Part shown: positions 10,472 through 22,990 of the stretch, piece after piece | Position numbering within the stretch: the first letter of the stretch is position 1 | How the letters are laid out: each line of letters starts with the position of its first letter | Assembly: GCF_018977255.1 (NCBI RefSeq) | Contig: NW_024704743.1 | Coordinates: forward strand, 23,376,001-23,440,000 | Reading direction: 5' to 3' | Length of the DNA: 64,000 bases | From: Callorhinchus milii | Taxonomy: Eukaryota | Program-made: the position numbers and the translations under genes | The notes under the pieces: model-generated | Seen by the model: only the letters and a program-made list of their open reading frames with translations | Database searches by the model: none | What the model was told of the DNA's origin: nothing

Positions 10472-12290
10472 ATTTTTTTTGTCAGCCATGTGTCTGACAC
10501 AAGCAGAAACCTTTCACCATGCTTAAGAGTATCCAAACCAAACAGAGGTTTGTGCATATCACTTATAAATGGAAATTTGGAATGGAATGTGCACTTTCTA
10601 GAGGGACAACAACAACAAAATTACATTTGTATAGCTCCTTTCACGTCGGGAGGTCATCCCAAGGCACTGGACAGTCAGTGTTTCGGTCCCAAGCTGGGGG
10701 TTGGGATTGGGGAGGGTGGAAGGCGGGGGGGAAGCAGGGTGATCAAAAGCACGGTCGAAGAGGAGGGTCTTGAGATGGATCTTGAAGGAGGCAAGGGAGG
10801 GGCAAGGCAGAGGGACTGTGGGATGGAGTTCCAGAGGGTGGGGACAGAGTGATAGAAGTTCTGCCTATCAATGGTGGGGCGAGCGAGGTGGGGACGTGAA
10901 GCAGGCCGGAGCACGCTGAACGGAGGGAGCAGGCAGGATGGTAGGGGTTAGGCGGTTGCAGAGGTAGTGGGGAGCAAGGCCATGGAGAACTTTGAAGGTG
11001 AGGACCAAGATCGTGAACTGTATCCTCAGTGTGATGGGAAGCCAGTGGAGTCGGATGAGGAAAGGGTCACGGAGCCTGGTGCGGGAGAGGATACAGGCTG
11101 CAGAGTTCTAGATGATCTGCAGCCTATGGAGGGAGGAGTCGGGGAGGCCGACAAGCAGGGAGTTTGCATACTCAAGCCTGGATGTTATGAATGCGTGGGT
11201 GTATGAGGGTTTCAGCGGCCTGAGGTGTGAGACAGTGATGGAGCCGGGTGATGTTGCGGAGGTGGGGGAAAGCAGGTCATGGCATGAATGTGAGGTAGAA
11301 AGGATAGTTGAGGGTCAAACAAGATGACAAGGCGCCGGACCGGCTTAGTATGGTGGAGTATGCATCCGTGGATGATGATGCTGTCAGTGCCTGAGGTGTG
11401 GAGGTGCTGACCAGAGCCAATCAGGTGAGCCTCGGTCTTGTTGATGTTCAACTGAAGAAAGTTAACTCTCATCCAGGACTTGATGTCTGACAGACATTTG
11501 TCAGGACAGCAGTGGTCCTGGAGTCAAGGGTGGTGGCAGAGAGATAGAGTTGGGTGTCATCCGCATACATGTGGAAGTTGACCCCGTATTTGTGGATGAT
11601 GTCACCAAGAGGGAGCATATATTGAAGAGGATGGAACCTAGGACAGAGCCCTGAGGAACGCTACACGAGATGGTGCAGGGGCTAGAGGAGAAACCGTTTG
11701 TGGAGATGTAGTGGAGGCAGTTTGAGAGGTAGAATCTGAACCAGTCAAGGACAGAGCTGTGAAGGTTGAGGTGAGAGGAGTGGTGGTGGATGAGGATAGA
11801 ATGGTCAAGGGTGTCGACGGCAGCAGAGAGGTCAAGGAAGACGAAGAGGCAGAGGGATCCCTGGTCGCAGATGGACAGAATGTCATTTGCCACCTTGATC
11901 AGGGCTGTTTCTGTGCTGTGGGCAGCGCAGAAACCGATTAGAGGGGTTTGTGAAGGGAGTGGTGGGAGAGGAAGGTGCAAAGCTGGGAAGGAACAACTCA
12001 TTCCAGGACCTTGGAGAGGAAAGGGAGATTGGAGATGGGGCGGTAGTTTGAGAGCAGTGATGGGTCCAGGGAGGGTTTTTTAAGGATTGGAATGATGACG
12101 CATCTCGCTTTTCCAGTGCAGGAAAGTATTAGGCACAGGTTGGCAAGTTTAACCATTTAAACACTCATAGTTTTCCATTGAGAGCAATGCCTGGCAAACT
12201 TTCCTTATCCAGCTAGGATACACTATTCACTGGGACTTGGGCTTGCAGGGCTAACAGGAGGTGAGTGGGAAAAGTTCCTTGTCTCAGTGA
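10472..12290 (-). mobile_element. Repeat family C, second copy, split by the L2 at 10607-12100
   Basis: TTTTGTCAGCCATGTGTCTGACAC..CCATGCTTAAGAGTATCCAAACCAAAC before the L2; TATTAGGCACAGGTTGGCAAG..GGCTTGCAGGGCTAACAGGAGG after it. Confidence 0.72.
10607..12100 (-). mobile_element. L2 LINE (type A), ~1.5 kb with RT core and 3' tail
   Basis: [57 protein letters not shown]; tail complement CAACAACAACAAAATTACATTTGTATAGC. Confidence 0.95.
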
Positions 12291-13229
12291 TATCTAAGTC
12301 CAACCAATAAAGCTGGGTGTGGTGACACCACGACCATTACAGAGGGCTGAATCAATTCTGGCATTACTTTGCAAAGAATGCTAAGCTACAGTTTAGCTTC
12401 AACAAGACCCCAATTTACCCCTTCCTCTGAGGATAGTCACATTTTGGTCATTTAGCTTCATTAATATTTTTCCATTCATATACAAGTACAGCAGTACGGG
12501 CGTGTGAGGTGCTGTATTGCTGGAGGTGTTTTTTGGATCAGTTGTTAAGCTGATGCATTATCCTGTTTGTTTATTGCTCTGTTGGTTGTTGAACATTCCA
12601 TAAAGCTATTCAAAAAGAGAAGGGCATTCATTATCTTCCAGATAAATTAGTTATTTGCTTCAGGACCACTTATGGGACCTTACATGCAAAATTGCTTCTG
12701 CATTTGCCAACCTCGACAGGTGCAATACCTGACAGCAATTACCAGTGAAGTGGCTCAGATGGAAGGATTAATATTATGGTACATCAGTTGGAGACGAGAA
12801 TAACAAGTAGGTTTCTCTAATACAGTATAGTCAAAGCAGCTGCATTGGTTGCACTAATAATAGAATTTACTTTCATCCCCTTTCAAATGTAAGATGTGGT
12901 ACCTTTGTTACTCCTCACACAACAGTTTAACCACAAGTTCTAATTTTTATTTACTGCCATTCACAGTGGCCTGTTGTGCAAACTTTTAAGGTTTCCCATT
13001 TTGCGGGTAACAGCTTTGATGGCAAAAATTGTTTCCTGTTAAACCGAAGATGAACTGATTCAATTTTCAGAATTCAAGATCTATTTATCCTCAAGATGTT
13101 GTGTTTTATAACTTTTAAAAATTATGTGTTGAGCTGAGATTTTTCTATATCAGCCATGGTGCCGTTTCACTTTTTATGCTGTATTATTGACTCTCAGCAT
13201 TGTCTCATGACCTGCTTGTTCTCACTTCT

Positions 13230-14190
13230 CACAAGATCACTCAAGATTGATTTGAATGAAGAAGGTCATTTGGCCCATTTAATCTCATCTTTCCAGAATA
13301 CCCAACCTCCCATCCACAGAATTAAGTTTATTTTGCCCCAAATGAGTCCAGCATCCTATCTTCAATTATCTTTTCAGTAGTTTGTTCTCGTTGTTGATTA
13401 CTCTTTGGATAAAGAAATACTTCCTGGTATCTCTCCTGAAATTGTTCTTTGCAATTCTAAATCTTTTGTACTATTGGTCTGGTGAACCCATAATAATAAT
13501 AATCCTTGCATTTGATATATTGCCTTATCATGTCATTTAGACGTCTCAAAGCGCTTCACAGAATATACTGTGAAATTAATTGACTGCATATATTGTGGGT
13601 GAAACGCAGCAGCCAATTGCGCACAGCAGTGCCCACAAACAGTCATAGATTGAGTGACCAAATTATTTATTTTTTTTGGAAGGATTATTAGCCCCGGGAA
13701 AATGATAAATTATAACCCCCGGAAAAGCAGCAAGTAGTCCACCAATCGACTACCAACCAGGTTCCTACTTACCTCTAGGTAAACAGAGGTGTGTGGAGCA
13801 AGGAAACTTGCCTAACAATTTTCCCTGCCCTGGAATTGAACCCAGGTCCTCTCACTTGCCAGGTGAGTACTCTAACCAATATACTACAGAACTAAAGTAT
13901 TGTTCTGCATTTACTTTTTCAATCCCATTTCATTTATGTATCTCTGTAAGGTCCCCTCTGAAATGACTCCTTTCATAACTGAAGAGTGCTAGCTTGACTT
14001 ACTGTCGCTGATAGCCCATTCCTGTAACATTGGGAATCATCCTCATTGCTCAGCTTTGCACTGCTTCTATGGCCTGAGTAGCTCCCCCTCCCTCCCTCCC
14101 CCACCCCACCCATGTCTTAGTGCTGCCTTTACTTTCTGTGTGAGGCTTTGACAGGTACAGAGGACCGACCACTAAGACATCAGCAAAATA
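13230..14190 (-). mobile_element. Old CR1 3' region, interrupted by a SINE
   Basis: AAGATCAC..GAAGAAGGTCATTTGGCCCA tail (also at ~19620 and ~40005); AAAGAAATACTTCCTG and AGGTCCCCTCT body motifs shared with 63600-64000. Confidence 0.6.
13491..13893 (-). mobile_element. SINE family A, full length (long variant)
   Basis: (TAA)n tail through GGAATTGAACCCAGG (box B rc) to CTCTAACCA..CTACAG. Confidence 0.92.
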
Positions 14191-15189
14191 AGCAAGACAA
14201 CTGGTCCCCTTCAAATTTGAGCAGCAAACTAATTAATGGAATAAGTCCATAACCACAAATAAGGGAATTTAATTTGCAAAATGTAACTATAAATAGAAAC
14301 AGATCAGGATAAAGGAAAATAATAAATTGCAGTGATTTTAAAAAAAGAGGATGAGTGGAACTTAAGTAACACAGCAACAATTGCAATGGTGAGAACTGAA
14401 TTGAAATGTACTCGGGTAAAAGGTGGCTCATTTTGCTAAATGTTTCAATACATCTGAAAATTCACCATTTGAATCAATGTACGTTTTTATGATCCAAGTT
14501 TAAAAACTGGATTTGGAAGGAAGAAGAGTCAAAAGTGACACTGTGACTTCTTATTGGTTCTTGGGATGAGGATATCTTGCGAAGACAGTAAATCTGGTGG
14601 TAACTGTCCCGTTCGATCATGCACATTATGATCCTGGCATGTGGTACGGTGTTCAACTCTCACTGTCTCCTGCAATCAAATAGGCTGCTGACACTATCAA
14701 AGCACATGAATAGTTGCCACTCGGGAGAGGTTTTTAATCCAAATGGCTATTATTCACATGTGGATGATTGACGCCCGCAGATCCACATTTCTTTAGATGG
14801 AAAAAGAAGTCAAAACGCTTCAGGGAGATGGGAGAAAATTGGTAAGGAAGGGAAAATAATTGGTGAGGAGGGGTTGGATAGATACCTTGAACAAAGATAC
14901 TTGACAATTTTTAATGATTTTTTTCAATACAAGGGGATCTTTCACTTTTGCGCAAGCTCAATTTGAAAGTACAATGTTAATGTTAATGAGGTAATCTCAG
15001 ACACTGGTATGTGATCTCATACACTCAGTAGAGCTGCAGAGTTCAGGCTAACTAACAATGTGGAGAGTCTCAGATACATTACAAGAAGGAGCAACAATGT
15101 TTCCTACAGGGAAATAGTCTGACACCATCCAGGCTCACAAACCTTACCACCAAATCAATTTGCACTTACTTATATGGAGCCTTTCACAC

Positions 15190-15570
15190 AGACATTTCAA
15201 AGCAAACACAGAGTAAGCAACCGAGCTGGGAGGGAAATAAGGGGAGCGATGGGGGTGGGGAAGGGATGTAAGGAGAAGGTGGTTGAGAGCACAGGTGAAG
15301 AGGTAAGTTTTTAGATGAGTTTTGTAATGAAAGAGGGAGGAAGCGAGGCAGTGGAATTTCTGAAGAGTTCATGAGAGTGGGGCAAAGTGTCTGAAAGCTC
15401 GCCCACTGACCGTGGAGTGGATTGTTCAGGCACATGGAGGAGGCTCGATTTGGCGGAATGGTGGGAGGAAGAGTACCGCTGCAGGAGATCGCAGGGTAGG
15501 TCAAGACCACGGAGGCATTTGAAAGTGAGCAAGTGTTCATCTGTTGGGGAATAGGAAGCCAGATGCAGAT
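15190..15570 (-). mobile_element. Old L2 3' fragment
   Basis: LTFKCLRGLDLP..DLL remnant; purine-rich L2 3' region. Confidence 0.6.
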
Positions 15571-15966
15571 GGTGGGGGGGGGGGGGGGGGGAGGGGTGAG
15601 GATCTCACAGAGCCTCGGGGGAATATGCAGACCCTGTGTAAGAAGTGGAGAAGAGACTGGAAATCTGAATGACTTACTTTAAAAAAAACTCAAATGCAAC
15701 ATGATTTCTGACGGGAGATACGCTTTTTCGTTTGTCTTCCGAAATTTTAAAATATGTTACAGTGATGGCAGCATGGCTGCAAATGTGTTATAGTAGTGTG
15801 ATAGTATCAGGTCCTGATAACATAAACTGTATCAGAGTTGCTCGAATGTTCTTTCAGTCGTCAGATCTGTCAGATTGTGTTGGGTCCATGAATGCATTTG
15901 AAGATGTTTTTGCTTCTGTAATCTATATTTTATGTGACTGAGCTGACTTTTGAGAATGCCAACACA

Positions 15967-16420
15967 TGATAATAATAATAAGAAAAATCCTCGTACTTGA
16001 TTATTACGTTGTTGAGACGTCTCAAAGCGCTTCATGGAATATACTCTAAAGTGAATTGACTGTATTCTGTGGGAGAAACGTGGCAGCCAATTGGACGCAG
16101 CAGTGTCCCCAAAACAGTTGTGGATTGAGTGACCAAATTATTTTTTGAAGGAGTTATTTTTTGGCACAGTCCCTCCCCTTTACTCCACTACGTTGCCTCC
16201 TTCATGACCCATCTCAAGACCCTCCTCTTCGACTGTGCCTACAATAACCCTCCCTCCCCCCCTGCCCTCCACCCTCCCCGAACCTGACGCCCAGCTCGGT
16301 TCCGATACACTGATTGTCCAGCGCCTTGGGACATCCTCCCGATGTGAAAGGTGCTATACAAATGTAATTTTGTTGTTGTTGTTGAGTATTACCCTGGTTA
16401 GCAATTCTCCAATCGACTAT
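15967..16420 (-). mobile_element. SINE family A fragment split by an L2 tail
   Basis: SINE 3' part at 15967-16160 resumes as TATTACCCTGG..CCAATCGACTA at ~16387. Confidence 0.8.
16165..16383 (+). mobile_element. L2 type A 3' fragment
   Basis: CAGCGCCTTGGGACATCCTCCCGATGTGAAAGGTGCTATACAAATGTAATTT(TGT)n. Confidence 0.9.
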
Positions 16421-16939
16421 GGGTTTGATTTTCAAGCTCCATTATGCTGAGTCCACAATCTCAATGGGGTTGCCGATGACAAGTACCAGGCAAACCTCAT
16501 GTGGGAGAAAAATGGAAGAGTGATACTGATTGCGGTTGAATAATAGCATGCAAATGATTAAAAACAAAGCGAAAATGGTGCAAATGTCAGTAAAAAATCT
16601 CCTAATGATGGAAAATGGGTCTCATGTCAGGAGCTCTATGTAGGTGAAGCCAAATTATGAGAACTTTGCTCGGAGGCAACTCTGGTCAGAGTCCAGAGCT
16701 TTCACATTTCTGTGGTGTATCTGAAGTTCCTGCATAACATGCATTTTATTTACCTAGACTCTCTTCCAGGTGCTTGCACCATTTGTCTTTTTCCACCACG
16801 CTAGCAAATCATCACTTGCCTCCAAACAACTGCACCAGAAATGAGATGTCTGGCTTTTTCATGGCTCTGCATGTGCTCACGTAGATATGCGGATAAATTT
16901 GCATTTGCTATACAATGTTCTTAGTCCAGGAGTCTAAAA

Positions 16940-17560
16940 TTGTAAAAATTTGGTTAGACCACATTTGGAGTACTGTGTCCAATTCTGGTTGCCGCACTAC
17001 AAGAAAGATATAGCAGCAAAGGAAAGAGAACAGTGTAGGTTTACAAGGATGATACTGGAAGGTTACTGCTATCAGGATAGACTGGATCTGTTGGGCCTTT
17101 TTTGTTTGCTGGAGAAGAGACATTTAGGATGGGACCTTTTTGATCGTACTTACGGCCACCTCCCCCCGACTCAGAGCCAGGCTCCGCCACTGTTAAGCGC
17201 TCAGAGATGCTACCCTGTGTGGAGGGCGCTCTATAAGTGCAAGTTGTTTTTTTGTTGACCTCGTAGTGTTTAAAATTCTCAATAAGGTTGACATAAATAG
17301 GTTATTCTCACTGTTTGGGGAAGGCATAACCAGGGAACACATGTATAAGTTAGCGACTAGTAGATCTGAAAGAGAATTTAGGAGGAAATAATTCAACAAC
17401 AAATTAGATTTGTATAGTGCCTTAGTGAGATTGTGGAAATAGCTTCCTGAATCAGAAGAGTATGGAATTGGTGGAGACTCATGGGGAGTATGAACATCAG
17501 CTTGAACTAGTTGGGCTGAATGACCTGTTTCCGTGCTGTACAGTCTGTATCAATCTGTAA
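16940..17560 (+). mobile_element. CR1 3' fragment containing an L2-B tail insertion (17138-17256)
   Basis: VRPHLEYCVQFWLPHYKKDI; CR1 3' end GGGCTGAATGACCTGTTTCCGTGCTGTA; L2 insert flanked by GACCT. Confidence 0.88.
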
Positions 17561-19901
17561 ATGTAAAATGTGTGTGGCACTACGATCCTAAACTTGTATC
17601 TCAACTTTTTAAGACTTTACACTGACATTTTAAAATAGAATTTCCCTTCAGCTACAAGCAAGACGCCATTCCCCAACAGAGTGGACAAACAAATTCTGTC
17701 TGGCACACTCTTGGTCAGTCACCCGTAGACTTTATTCTATTTCTCTTCTCTTGAGTAAAACTCTTCTTCTGAATTTTGCCACTTTCCTCTACATAGCCTG
17801 CTTGAGTGGATCAAGGAAGAGTATGTGATTTGAAAAATTCAGTTTGGATTACTTAAATGGTAATACATCTCAATCCACAAGTTTACTTGGCATTAAACCG
17901 CATGAACATTATTCTGCAGTTTGCAGGAGCAATTTTGCACTGAGCACACTGGAACGGTGACATATTGATTTTGTGCTTGCGAAGGTGTTTTGTGTTTATG
18001 TGTATTGAGGTGTAAATTTGTTGGTAATGGTAAGTATGCAGTACAACATTTTGTAAATGGGGTTATGAGGAAATTAATTAAAGCCATCGGTACACTGGCA
18101 AGTAGAAGCCAAGTTTCTCCCAATAGGCAAGAAGGGAAGGAAATTTGAAGTAGAATCATTCCCTCTTGTGTATCTTCTGATAGCTTGCTGGTCTGAGAGC
18201 TTCTAGAGTACTTCATACTCTCAGTAACCAAATCTTGTCTATTTCATACTGCATAATGCCAAACCCTGTGTGTTGCAAACCAAGTGCATTGAAAATCTAA
18301 GCTGAGGCTTATTGTCATATTGGGGTAGTTTCCCAGGTGTCAGTAAATTCTTTGCTTGATTTAACACTGACAACAAAATTAGAATTTTGATTGAAAATGG
18401 CTTTTGGCCAATTTTCCACAAGTTCAACTGTTCCTCCCTATGTTTGGATGGCTGATACAACCTTCAGCATGTCTAAAGTTACCTGACTAGCTATTACTCC
18501 ACAACTTCTTTTGATGCAATTAAAGGGTAGAGAATTAAGACTTTATGGAAGTAGGATTATAACTCGCACAGTTTATAAAGCATGAAGGAAAACTGTAAGT
18601 ATTAACATTAGGTTTATGATGTTATGCATTTGACAACATTATTTTTCCATTATAAATACTTACAGTCATAAACCAATGACTTTCAATAGACTGAGTGCAA
18701 AAATTTGTAAATCTTGTCAGTACAATTATATCACTGCAGTACTATGAATGATTACCTTTGAAAAAATGTATATGTGGATAGTAATGGATGTAATAAATAA
18801 TTCAGATTTGTGAATTGATACCATTCAAACCACCTGCTACATATTAGGTTAAGTGAGGATGGAGCCAACATATAAAACAAGGCTGTTGACAGATGATGGC
18901 AGACACAGGAGATGGCATGTGAAGGGTTGCATTGCCAAGTTGGGGGCGAACTGTTAAGTGAATGAATAAAAGAAATTGCCCCCGTGAAGAAAGAATGCTC
19001 AAGACAAAGAAACAATGAATCCAAACCCCTTCATTTGAAAGAAAGTAGAAAGTGTTCATTGCAATTTTTTTAATTAAAAGTGAAATGAAGCTCTGATGTG
19101 CTGCATAATGTTTCATTTAAAATGCAACTACAGTATTTCATGTTGAACCTTGAAACTGAACTTGGAGCAACTTTGTTTTTGAAGTTCAAATGTAATGCTG
19201 TAACAAATTGCTGTCATAACATGATTATAATTATTTAACTGGAAAGCTTGATGAGTTTGAGGTAGATAATTGCTCGTACAGCGAAGAAAGCATTTGTGTT
19301 TTGTCAACAGAGGATTCAATTCACTGTTTTCTTTCAAATTTTCACTCCTTCTTTAAAGTCATGTTGACCTTCATTTTTCTTCAGTTGGGTATGGTGCTGT
19401 AGGCACCCTCCATTATCCCTTCCAAGTGGCCATAATTTATTGGTAAACCTTAATCGTGATAGTTGAAAGCTGTTTGATGATGCTGTCATCAGATTTGATC
19501 CGTACACATCTTTAAGGAGGAGATGAGGAGCAGAAAGCCAGACTGCTAGTTTTCCGTTCCCTAAACTGGGAGCGTTGAGGCAAAGAAGCTCGACAGTGCC
19601 CTTATAATAGTGTCTATGGAGATCACAAGAGAGGTTTGGATGAAGAAGGCTCTTTGGCCTATTTGATCCCATCCTTCTGGAATACCCACTCTACCGTCCT
19701 CCAGCAGCAACAATGAGTTAATGACAGCAAGGAGAATGGGACAGATGTATTGGAGAACCTAAGTGACAACTCCAACCAGCAGTACTGTAGAACACTTTGT
19801 GATTTCTTCAGATCCCCCATGCATGTGGTTGAACAGAATTTCTTCCACACCAAACAACTTGTGTTCATTTCATAAACCATAATGGTAATAGTTGATATTA
19901 T

Positions 19902-19934
19902 TGTCTGTCTGTCTGTCTGTCTTGTCTTGTCTTG

Positions 19935-19969
<35 letters not shown>
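19902..19969. repeat. Compound (TGTC)n/(TCTTG)n microsatellite
   Basis: Directly visible tandem units. Confidence 0.95.
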
Positions 19970-19971
<2 letters not shown>

Positions 19972-21310
19972 AAACATATAAAGCAACACACTTAGTGTTG
20001 ATGGAATCAGGAGATGTAAGTTCTTCAATGTAACAGGTAGATTCTTATAGCTACCTTTTTTCCACCTGCCCAATTCCCTTCCTGTTTCCAACCTTACACC
20101 TTCGGCAAATTATTGGTATCCGTTATTGCAGTTTTATTCTGTTGTACATACATTTTACAACCTATCACAAATATGACAAATTCTCTGTCCATATTTGCTG
20201 ATCTGGGATCTGCTGATAAGCGATCTGAGCGTTTAATAACTGAGATTCAGGATTAATCCTCATTATTATCAAAGCATTCAAAGTTTGGGTTTAAACAAAC
20301 AGACAACCAGTCTGTATTTCTTAGTTGATCCTTTTAACTGCAGTGAAATTGTCATAAATCTAGAGTCGAATCTTGCATGTTTAAGAAATTAGTTTTCTAA
20401 GCACTTTAATTTGTTAAATTACCTCAATTTTACAAGCTTTCGCATGAACTATGGCTTCTGAATATGACATTTGAATTTATTTTCTTGCCCATGCAAGCCC
20501 CAAGGATTGTGATTCTAGTTGTTTTATATGTTCTTCATATGTGTACTATAGTATTAATGTGACATTTGAGTTAATGATGTTGTACATGGGTATTTTATTG
20601 AAATCCTAATTTTTGTGCAAGTAAACCCAAGGCATTTGAGTTTCAGGGTAGTGGGAGGGGGTGAGTGTGGAATGCTGTACATAGTAAAGCCTAACGGAAC
20701 GCGTATTGCTATGGACTATTGGTATTATTGGATTGAGTAATAATGGAAAGGAACAAGCTGACTAAAATGAAATTGAGGATATGCAATGGCTATTTTTGAA
20801 CTGTGAAGCTACAGTGAGTAACGTTTCAGCCAAGTTAATTACCTTATTGGTATGAGGAATTAATCCATACACTCACAAAAATTATAAAATGTTTATTTTA
20901 CGTCAGCCCAAACAAGCAAGAGGGACTCTCACCTTGCTTCTGACAGACACTATTGAGCACGTAACAAAATAGTTCCCTGGCTCAACCACCAAAAGAGGGT
21001 GTTTTCCAGACTGTAACAATCTACCCATCAATAATGTATTGTAATCTAATGTATTCCAACGTAATACTGGGTTTGTTACAAGTGCAGGGAAGAGGGAAGT
21101 CTATTACTATTCTACCATGGTGTTCCTTGCTGTTTGAGCCACAAAATAATTTACTTTGAACAAAACTTCAAAATTCTTCATATTATACAAAGTCTCTCAA
21201 AATGCATTTCTCAATTGAGCCTTACAATCAAGGTCAGAATGATCCAAATTCAAACACCGCGCTGACTACAATAAGTAAACAATAGATATGTGCAGGTCTT
21301 CTACACATGT

Positions 21311-21678
21311 AATAATAATAAGCCTTGCATTTGATATAGCCACTTATGTCTTCTAGAAGTCTCAAAATGCTTCACAGAAAATACTGTAAAGGGAGTTGAC
21401 TATATTTTATGGGTGGAATGCAGCAGTCAACTGCACACAGCAGTGTCCTACAAACAGTCGTAGATTGAGTGACCAAATTATAATGATTATTTATTTATGA
21501 AGGGATTATTATCCCCTAGAAAAAAGATCCGCCAATCGACTAACAACCAGGTTCCTACTCACTGCTAGGTAAACAGAGGCATGTGGAATAAGGAAACTTG
21601 CTAAGCGTTTCACCCTGCCCAAACCCAGGTCCTCTTGTTTGCAAGGCGAGTGCTCTAACCACTAAGCTACAGGACTCC
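21311..21678 (-). mobile_element. SINE family A, full length
   Basis: Tail (AAT)n..CCTTGCATTTGATATAGC to head rc GAGTGCTCTAACCACTAAGCTACAGGACTCC. Confidence 0.93.
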
Positions 21679-21822
21679 ATGTAATACTGGTACACAGGAT
21701 TTCTTTTTAACAACTGTGATTTGTGTCATGTTAGTAGCCAAACTGATTCTCTCAATGAATGTGTATGTGATCATAGGATTGTTTTCCTTATACCAGCGAT
21801 GAAATAAAACAAAAGCTGTTCT

Positions 21823-21975
21823 CAACAACAACAAGATTAGATTTGTATAGCGCCTTTCATGTCGGGAGGACGTCCCAAGGCGCTGGACAGAGTACAGCAT
21901 TTCAGACCCAAACTGGGGCTGTGGAGGTAAGGGAGGGGTGGGGAAGGGAGGTGGCCAATAGCATGGTATACTGGC
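21823..21975 (-). mobile_element. L2 type A 3' tail
   Basis: (CAA)n..TAGCGCCTTTCATGTCGGGAGGACGTCCCAAGGCGCT. Confidence 0.9.
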
Positions 21976-21999
21976 ATACTCTTTGGCTCTCGTCAACGT

Positions 22000-22755
22000 C
22001 TAAAATCTCATGGCTCTCACCTCCTCCACCTACCTGACCTCCCCCTAAAACTCTCCGAACCAGTATGCAACCTAGGCATCAGGTTCGACCCCCAATTATC
22101 CTTCCTCCCCCACATCTGGTTCCTCACCAGCACCGCTTTCTTCCACCTCCGACGCATCGCCTGTCTCCGCCAATAAATCTCCCCAAAAGCCACTGAAACC
22201 CAGGTCCATGCCTTTGTCACCTCTTGGCTAGACTACTCTAACGCCCTCCTCACCGGTCTCCCCTCCACTACCATTCATAAAATCCAAATCATTCAAAACT
22301 CTGCCGCCCGCATCCTCAACCGCACGAAACTCCGCTCCCCGATCACCCCAGTCCTTGCCAGACTGCACTGGCTGCCTATCCCAGAGAGGATCGACTTCAA
22401 GATCCTCATCCTTGTATTCAAATCCCTGCACTCCTCTGCACCCCCCTATCTCTCTGACCTCCTCTCTCCTCGAAACAGTACCCGTTGCCTTTGTTCCTCC
22501 GGGTCTGGCCTCCTCCTCGTCCCCCAAGTCCTCCGCTCCACCCTCAGCGGCCGTGCCTTCAGCCACTATGCCCCGAGGCTCTGGAACTCCCTTCCTCACT
22601 CCCTTCGCCTCGCTCCCTCTCTTCCCACTTTCAAGTCTCTGCTGAAGACCTTTCTTTTCGATCGCGCCTTTGGTCACCTTCCTCCCCCTCCCCTTGGCTC
22701 AGCCCCGGGATCCGTTACTGTAAAGTGCTCTGAGTCGCCGTCAGTTGTTGTTGTT
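22000..22755 (+). mobile_element. L2 type B, 5'-truncated
   Basis: Closely matches 51790-52540; encodes LDYSNALLTGLP and LHWLPIPERIDFKIL. Confidence 0.92.
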
Positions 22756-22990
22756 GGTCGAAGAAACGGTCTTGAGGTGGGACTTGAAGGAGTCTAAGGA
22801 GGTGGAGAGGTGGAGTGACTGGGGAATGGAATTCCAGAGGTTGGGGGCAGAGTGGCTGAAGGCTCTCTTGCCAATGGTGGGGCAGGTGGGTCGGGGGATG
22901 TTGAGCCGGCTGAGCAGAGGAAAGTGGGAGTACAGAGAGGCGAACATTGCATGTGCTGGGCGTAAGATGACAATCGAGATTGTGGGTGAG
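22756..22990 (-). mobile_element. L2 3' fragment, tail-to-tail with the preceding copy
   Basis: PTIGKRAFSHSAPNLWNSIPQSL..SFKSHLKT. Confidence 0.85.

Noticed and set aside
12960..12980. miR-27-like TTCACAGTGGC
   Set aside because: Only 11 nt match and no visible complementary arm.
15573..15591. Poly-G run as a G-quadruplex element
   Set aside because: Simple homopolymer at an old L2 edge; its length is unreliable in assemblies.
19715..19875. Open plus-strand frame VNDSKENGTDVLENL..
   Set aside because: No start codon or good acceptor; no protein recognised.
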